Origin: Planctomycetota bacterium
GTDB taxonomy: Bacteria > Planctomycetota > UBA1135 > UBA2386
Direction: 5' to 3'
Length of the DNA stretch: 64,000 bases
Assembly (NCBI GenBank): GCA_046290465.1
Contig: JBKAGP010000001.1
Coordinates: 4,448,001-4,512,000, forward strand
Shown: piece after piece, positions 58,742 to 64,000 of the stretch
Layout of the letters: each line of letters starts with the position of its first letter
Position numbering within the stretch: position 1 is the stretch's first letter
Translations under genes and position numbers: made by a program
The notes under the pieces: generated by a model
Database searches by the model: none
The model's input: only the letters and a program-made list of their open reading frames with translations
Told to the model about the DNA's origin: nothing

Positions 58742-58774
58742 TACGGGACGCCGCGCTCGCTGGCGGCTCCGGCG

Positions 58775-59542
58775 CTATTGCGCCGTGAAGCCGCCGTCGA
58801 CGGCCACCGTCTGGCCGGTCACGAAGGCGCTCTGTGGCGAGCTGAGCCAGACCACCGGGTCGGCGATCTCGTCCGCCTTGCCCAGGCGCCCCATCGGGTG
58901 CAGCGACACCATCATCTCGCGCGGGACGTCCTCGGCGAAGCGGTCGAGCATGCCGGTCTCGATCGCGCCCGGCGCGACCGCGTTGGCGCGGATGCCCTGC
59001 TGCGCGTATTCGAGCGCCGCGTTCTTGGTCAGGCCGATCACCGCGTGCTTGCTGGCCACGTAGGTCGCAGCGGTCGGGAAGCCGATCACGCCGGCGATCG
59101 ATGCGTTGTTGACGATCACGCCGCCGCCGTTCTTGAGCATCGCCGGGATCTCGTGCTTCATGCTCAGGTAGACGCCCTTGACGTTGACCGACCAGATCTG
59201 GTCGAAGTCGTCGTCGTCCTGGTCGGCGAGCGGCGCGCGCACGCGGCCCTCGGTGCCGGCGTTGTTGAACGCGATGTCGAGGCGGCCGTAGGTCTCGACG
59301 GTCTTGGCGACCAGCTTCTCGATGTCGGTTGGCACGCTGACGTCCGCCTGCACGAACGTTCCTTCGCCGCCGGCCTTGCGGATCAGCTCGACGGTCTCGA
59401 GGCCTTCCTTCTCGCGGCGTCCGGAGACGACGACCTTGGCGCCGGCCTTGGCGTAGGCGATCGCGGTGGCGCGGCCGATGCCGCTGGTGCCCCCGGTGAC
59501 GAGGGCGATCTTGTCCTGCAGGTTCTTGGGTTGGGTGCTCAT
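58775..59542 (-). CDS. Short-chain dehydrogenase/reductase
   Basis: TGGTSGIG, FNNAG, YVASK, NAVAPGAIET, VTGQTVAVDGG. Confidence 0.95.
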   Translation of the reverse strand: MSTQPKNLQDKIALVTGGTSGIGRATAIAYAKAGAKVVVSGRREKEGLETVELIRKAGGEGTFVQADVSVPTDIEKLVAKTVETYGRLDIAFNNAGTEGRVRAPLADQDDDDFDQIWSVNVKGVYLSMKHEIPAMLKNGGGVIVNNASIAGVIGFPTAATYVASKHAVIGLTKNAALEYAQQGIRANAVAPGAIETGMLDRFAEDVPREMMVSLHPMGRLGKADEIADPVVWLSSPQSAFVTGQTVAVDGGFTAQ

Positions 59543-59566
59543 CTCTTGCGGTCCTTCTCTCTGTAG

Positions 59567-59588
59567 TGGAACGAACGTTCCAGAATGG
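59567..59588. promoter_or_regulatory. TetR operator upstream of the SDR gene
   Basis: TGGAACG-AA-CGTTCCA palindrome; 20 of 22 positions match the site at 60222-60243. Confidence 0.72.
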
Positions 59589-59629
59589 TTGATGGTGAGG
59601 GTTGGGTGGTCGGTTGGTGTGTGGCTTGC

Positions 59630-60211
59630 TCAGCGCAGGGCGGCGACGCCGCGGTCGACGAGGGCCTGCATGCGCTCGGCGGGCAGGCGCTGCTTGCCGA
59701 GCACGTTCATCGCGAGGATCAGGCCGTTGACGAACGTCGCCAGCTCGTCGGCGTCGGCATCTGCGTCGATCTGCTCGAGCTTCTGCGCGCGGCGAATGGT
59801 GTCCGCGAGCAGCTCTTCGACATGGTCGGTGTGCCGACGCAGCAGCTTCTGCACGTCGCGGTCCTCGGGCGCGACCTCGACGGCCGCGTTGACGCAGAAA
59901 CAGCCCTTCTTACCGCCGCGTCCGGACGTTCGTGCGGCGACCTCCTCGAGCAGGTCGACCAGCGCCTGGCGCGGGCTCTCGCCGGTTGCGAGGTTGCGCG
60001 CGAGGTCCTCGACGCCGCGCCGCTGGTAGCTCTCGAGGGCGCGCATGTAGAGGCTGTGCTTGTCGCCGAACGTTCCGTAGAGGCTGGCGCGCTGGATCCC
60101 CATCGCATCGACGAGATCCTGCATCGACGTCGCCTCGTAGCCCTTCTGCCAGAACACGCCGAGGGCGCGCTCCAGGGCCTGGTCGACATCGAACTCCTTG
60201 GGACGGGGCAC
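59630..60211 (-). CDS. TetR/AcrR family regulator (NemR/ComR-like)
   Basis: PRPKEFD..ALGVFWQKGYEATSMQDLVDAMGIQRASLYGTFGDKHSL, KGCFCVN. Confidence 0.93.
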   Translation of the reverse strand: MPRPKEFDVDQALERALGVFWQKGYEATSMQDLVDAMGIQRASLYGTFGDKHSLYMRALESYQRRGVEDLARNLATGESPRQALVDLLEEVAARTSGRGGKKGCFCVNAAVEVAPEDRDVQKLLRRHTDHVEELLADTIRRAQKLEQIDADADADELATFVNGLILAMNVLGKQRLPAERMQALVDRGVAALR

Positions 60212-60217
60212 GCGCCT

Positions 60218-60246
60218 ATTCTGGAACGAGCGATCCAGAATGGCAA
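60218..60246 (-). promoter_or_regulatory. Sigma70-type promoter of tetR with overlapping autoregulatory operator; probably leaderless
   Basis: Minus strand TTGCCA-N17-CAGAAT, then 6 nt to the GTG; palindrome ATTCTGGA-N8-TCCAGAAT at 60218-60241. Confidence 0.7.
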
Positions 60247-60390
60247 CCCGCTTTTTCGGGCAGCGGTCCGGGAGCGGCGTCGCCGCAGGCTCGCCCGCGT
60301 CCGTCCGCCCTGGCTGCGGTGCGTCGGCGACCTCGCCGCCACCGCCGCTGCCGGTCCGCAAGTCCTGCCGGAACCGGCCTTACGGACCGG

Positions 60391-60410
60391 GGCTTGACGG
60401 GTTTTTGACA
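60391..60410 (+). promoter_or_regulatory. Candidate OmpR-family direct-repeat box upstream of the histidine kinase gene
   Basis: GGCTTGAC-N6-TTGACA (11-bp period); the same arrangement occurs at 62933-62952. Confidence 0.6.
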
Positions 60411-60489
60411 GGGTGGTGGTGGGGGCGACTCGGTTCTGGGGATCGAACCTCGAGGTGGCAGGAATCGGGCGCGTTGGCAGGCGGCGCTG

Positions 60490-62238
60490 TTGCTGACCGG
60501 TGCGGTCGCGGCGCTGGCGTTGACGCACCAGCTGTGGCGGTCGTGGCGGCTCGAGGTGCAGCTGCGGCAGGCCGACTACGACCGCGACCGGCTGCTGGCG
60601 GAGCGGATCCTGCAGCGGGCGACGCGCTCGGAAGAGGTGTTCTCGGTGGTGGCGCCCGATCGGCGGGTGACGGTGAGGGGGGACGAGGTGGTGGCGGATC
60701 GCCGGGTGGCGTGGATCGACGTCGCCGACGACGAGAGCGACCGCGACCCGGTGGTGCTCGAACGGCTGCAGCGAGCGGCCCGCGCCGAGTTCGGGGACCG
60801 CGATCCGGCGGCGGCGCAGCGCGAGTTCGACGAACTGCTGTCTGGCCCACTGGTCTTCGAACAGCGGCTGCAGGTGCTCGCGGCGGCGGCCTGGCAGGCT
60901 CGGCGCGCCGGCGCCGACCAGCGGGTCGCGGAGCTGTGCGAACCGCTGCGAGAGGAGCTGCTGCGCGTCGCACCCGAGCGCCTCGCCCGCCCGACCGTCG
61001 CTGCGGCGGTCGCGGCCGCGGCCCGCCTCGGCGTCGTGGCCGACGCCACGGGCGACCTGCTCAGCTACCTGCCGACGCTGGTGTTCGCCGGCCTCGACGT
61101 CGACGCGGAGCTCGCCTCGCGCCATCGCCGACGCGCGGCGCTGCGCGAACGGTGCCGCCTGGCGGCCGCCTGCCTCGTCGATGCGCCGGACGACGCGCGT
61201 GTCGGCCTGCATCCGATCGACGCCGACCACGTGCTGTGGCGCATGCCGTCGGTCGACGGCGCTGGCCGCGCCGCCGTGCTGCAGCCTTCGCAGTGGCACG
61301 ACGCGGTGCTGGCGGCGGCCGACGCCGGCGCGACCTTCGAGTGGCCGCGCCGCGTCGTCGTCGTCTGCGGTGATCCGCGCGCACCGTCGCCGTTCGGCAT
61401 CGCCGGGGTGCAGGACCTCGTGCCCGCCACCGGCCCGGACCTCGGCGCCAACGCCTGGCTGCTGCCGGCGCTGACCGGCGCCCTGGCGATGGCGTTCGGG
61501 TTCGTGTTCTTCCAGCAGCGGCGCGCGGCCTCGCGCGAAGCGCAGGCGATTGCGCAGCAGGCGCAGTTCTTGACGACGGTCACGCACGAACTCAAGACCC
61601 CGCTCGCCGGCATCCGCCTGCTCGCCGAGATGCTCGCCGAAGGCCGCGCGAACGGCCGCGAGCACGAGTACTACCAGCTGCTGGTCGGCGAGTCGGCACG
61701 CCTCTCGATGCTGATCGACAACGTGCTCGACCTCGGCCGGCTCGAGTCGGGCCAGCGCCACTACGCGCTGCAACCGTGGCCGATCGCCGATGTCGTTCGC
61801 GAGACGCTGCGCATGCTGGTGCCGGTCCTCGAACGCGACGGCATCGACGTCGTCTTCGACGAGACACTCGGCGAGGCAACCGCGCAGATCGATCGTGATG
61901 CGTTCGTGCAGGCGTTGGTCGCGGTGCTCGACAACGCGCGCAAGTACGGGGCCGCCGGTCGGCGCGTCGAGGTGCGCGCGTGGCTCGAAGGCGGCCAGCC
62001 GCGCGTCGCCGTGCGCGACCACGGCCACGGCGTGCCCGACGGCGAACGCGAGGCCGTGTTCGAGCGGTTCGTGCGCGGCCGCGACCACGCCCACGGCTCG
62101 ACACCCGGCGTCGGCATCGGCCTCTATCTGGCCCGTTCGATCGTGCGTCGGCTCGGCGGCGAGCTGCGCTGCGTCGCGCCGGCCGACGGGCCGGGCGCGG
62201 AGTTCCGATTCACCCTGCAGGGCCACCCCAACGCATGA
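60490..62238 (+). CDS. Sensor histidine kinase (HisKA + HATPase_c); start uncertain
   Basis: FLTTVTHELKTPLAGI, DNARKYG, RDHGHGV, FERFVRG, GVGIGL. Confidence 0.92.
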   Translation: MLTGAVAALALTHQLWRSWRLEVQLRQADYDRDRLLAERILQRATRSEEVFSVVAPDRRVTVRGDEVVADRRVAWIDVADDESDRDPVVLERLQRAARAEFGDRDPAAAQREFDELLSGPLVFEQRLQVLAAAAWQARRAGADQRVAELCEPLREELLRVAPERLARPTVAAAVAAAARLGVVADATGDLLSYLPTLVFAGLDVDAELASRHRRRAALRERCRLAAACLVDAPDDARVGLHPIDADHVLWRMPSVDGAGRAAVLQPSQWHDAVLAAADAGATFEWPRRVVVVCGDPRAPSPFGIAGVQDLVPATGPDLGANAWLLPALTGALAMAFGFVFFQQRRAASREAQAIAQQAQFLTTVTHELKTPLAGIRLLAEMLAEGRANGREHEYYQLLVGESARLSMLIDNVLDLGRLESGQRHYALQPWPIADVVRETLRMLVPVLERDGIDVVFDETLGEATAQIDRDAFVQALVAVLDNARKYGAAGRRVEVRAWLEGGQPRVAVRDHGHGVPDGEREAVFERFVRGRDHAHGSTPGVGIGLYLARSIVRRLGGELRCVAPADGPGAEFRFTLQGHPNA

Positions 62239-62939
62239 GCTTCCACATCCTGTTCGTCGAGGACGACCACACGCTCAGAACGGCGCTGCGCGACGCGCTC
62301 GTCGGCGAGGGCCATCGCGTCACCGCGGCGGCCGACGGCCACGAGGCGCGCGCGCTGCTCCGCGAGCAGCGCTTCGATCTGCTGGTGCTCGACGTGATGC
62401 TGCCCGGACCGAGCGGCCTCGAGCTGCTGCGCGAGCTGCGCGACCGCGACGCCGACACGCCGGTGCTGATGCTGACGGCCCGCGGCGAGGAAGGCGACAA
62501 GGTGCTCGGTCTCGAGCTCGGCGCCGACGACTACGTGACCAAGCCGTTCTCGTTGCGCGAGCTGCTGGCGCGCGTCAAGGCGATGCTGCGACGGCGCGAC
62601 CCCGGCGAGTCGGCGTTCGTCGAGCGGTTCGCGCTCGACGATGGCGCGGTGCAGGTCGACCTGGCGGCGTTCACGCTGACCCGGGACGGCGAGGTGCACA
62701 AGCTGTCGCCGAAGGAGGCCGGGATGCTGCGGCTGCTGCGGCAGCAGCAGGGACGCGCGGTGTCGCGCGCCGACTTCTTGCGCGAGGTCTGGGGCGGGGA
62801 CCAGTTCGTCGGCGACCGCACCATCGACACGCACATGCTCAACCTCCGCCAGAAGCTCGAGCGAGACCACAGGCAGCCGGCGCACCTGCTGACGGTGCAC
62901 GGCGTCGGCTACCGCCTGCTCGAACGGCCCGAGGCTTGA
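62235..62939 (+). CDS. OmpR/PhoB family response regulator
   Basis: VEDD, LDVMLP, MLTA, GADDYVTKPF, winged helix RTIDTHMLNLRQKLE..TVHGVGYRL. Confidence 0.96.
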   Translation: MSFHILFVEDDHTLRTALRDALVGEGHRVTAAADGHEARALLREQRFDLLVLDVMLPGPSGLELLRELRDRDADTPVLMLTARGEEGDKVLGLELGADDYVTKPFSLRELLARVKAMLRRRDPGESAFVERFALDDGAVQVDLAAFTLTRDGEVHKLSPKEAGMLRLLRQQQGRAVSRADFLREVWGGDQFVGDRTIDTHMLNLRQKLERDHRQPAHLLTVHGVGYRLLERPEA

Positions 62940-62952
62940 CCACTCCTTGACA
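62933..62952 (+). promoter_or_regulatory. Second OmpR-family direct-repeat box, upstream of the next gene
   Basis: GGCTTGAC-CACTCC-TTGACA overlapping the response regulator stop codon. Confidence 0.6.
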
Positions 62953-63007
62953 CCGATCTGATCCGCGCCGGACCGCGGCCGACCGATCCACAGGTCTCAT
63001 CGACATC

Positions 63008-64000
63008 ATGAAGCACATCGCACTCGCAGGGTTGTTCGCGCTGGTGGCTCCGGCCGTCGCGCAGGAAGGAGCGGCAGCGGCGCCCAAGTGGTCGAAGCAA
63101 GCCAGGCTCGAGGTGGCCAAGGCCGTCGCCGCGGAAGAACAGGAACGCGACCTCGACAAGGCGCAGCAGCTGTATCGCGCAGCGATGCAGGACGCGGACC
63201 GCAGCGACGAGGCGAGGTCGTTCGCAGCGTCTCGACTGGCCGCGCTGCTGCGCCGGCTCGGCAAGGCCGACGAGGCCGATGCCGTGCTGCGGCAAGCGGG
63301 CAAGGGGGTGGTGGCGTCGCTCGACGACGTGACCAACGGCCGGGTCGGCCAGGATCGCGTCAAGGAGCTGCGCGCGCAGGCGCGGGTGCTGGTGCAGCGG
63401 ATCCTCGACAAGGGTAACGGCCGGCGCGTGATGCGGCGAACGCAGCTGACCGGGGTCTCGCGCGAGGACTCGGACCAGCTGTTCTGGATCGGGGACCCGG
63501 CGATTGTCGAGGTTGCGGCGGGGCTGCAGGAAGAACTCAAGAAGCCGTACGGAGGACGCGTCGGCAAGGCGCCGGGCCTGTTCGAGTTCTTGTGGATGCG
63601 CGGCGGGCCGGTGGCGTCGCGGTTCTTGTTGGATGCGATCGAGGGCGAGGTCGGAGCGCAGATGGTGGCGTTGGCCGCCAGCAGTGCGACCGAGATCGAC
63701 CTCGACTCACCGGGGGTCCGTGCCCTGCTCGAGAACGAGAGCGTCGGCATCGCGATGAACTTCCTCGACGGCCTGAGAGGCGAGGGGGGCGCGATCCAGA
63801 AGCTGACGACCGACCAGCTACTGACCGTGTGCGAACGCGGCCGACCGGCGGTCCGAGCGCTGGTGCTGCCCAAGCTGGCTGCGCGGCGCTTCGAAGCCCA
63901 CGAACTGAAGCGTGCGCACGAACTGGTGCGGGCCGCGCTGCAGGGTGCCGACCCGAAGCTGGGCAAGGCCGCCGAACTGTTCGTGACCAGCACTGCGTCG
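63008..64000 (+). CDS. Secreted helical-repeat (TPR/HEAT-like) protein, 3' truncated; absent from the ORF track
   Basis: ATG at 63008: MKHIALAGLFALVAPAVA|QEG..EEQERDLDKAQQLYRAA; the frame appears open to the window end. Confidence 0.78.
   Translation, partial: MKHIALAGLFALVAPAVAQEGAAAAPKWSKQARLEVAKAVAAEEQERDLDKAQQLYRAAMQDADRSDEARSFAASRLAALLRRLGKADEADAVLRQAGKGVVASLDDVTNGRVGQDRVKELRAQARVLVQRILDKGNGRRVMRRTQLTGVSREDSDQLFWIGDPAIVEVAAGLQEELKKPYGGRVGKAPGLFEFLWMRGGPVASRFLLDAIEGEVGAQMVALAASSATEIDLDSPGVRALLENESVGIAMNFLDGLRGEGGAIQKLTTDQLLTVCERGRPAVRALVLPKLAARRFEAHELKRAHELVRAALQGADPKLGKAAELFVTSTAS

Noticed and set aside
57983..59566. A genuine 527-aa fusion protein
   Set aside because: Everything after residue 253 is the antisense of the SDR gene and follows a clear terminal beta-signal.

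Overview
A very GC-rich bacterial window (roughly 70% by eye). The gene content (ECF sigma/Ser-Thr kinase pair, HEAT/VWA, FG-GAP and carboxypeptidase-regulatory-like secreted proteins) suggests an uncultured Planctomycetota lineage; this is inference. Recognisable blocks are: ychF-etfA-etfB; the EF-P beta-lysylation cluster epmB/efp/epmA; a 14-gene flagellar rod/hook/ring operon (fliK-flgDEFGAHIJNKL, a FliE-like gene and a GNAT) with a sigma54 promoter, three upstream palindromes and a divergent sigma28-driven flgM; a DAP/lysine operon (M20 desuccinylase-lysC-dapB-dapA-dapD) behind a well-folded lysine riboswitch; an oversized GlmS with a DegT aminotransferase; a YtrA-type GntR/ABC operon; a TetR/SDR pair; and an OmpR-type two-component system. 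The most novel-looking signals are (1) an 83-bp element bounded by CTAG that sits exactly on the stop codons of convergent gene pairs, once singly and once as a head-to-tail dimer; (2) a second ~37-bp palindromic repeat family whose inverted copies bracket a small gene; (3) a similar-looking C-terminal domain on three otherwise unrelated secreted proteins, a candidate lineage-specific sorting signal, together with near-universal Gln at +1 after signal peptides; and (4) two reading-frame lesions, a frameshifted MmcQ/YjbR gene and a stop-less outer-membrane barrel gene. I recognised no rRNA, tRNA, CRISPR array or transposase. All family assignments are by motif recognition, not database search.
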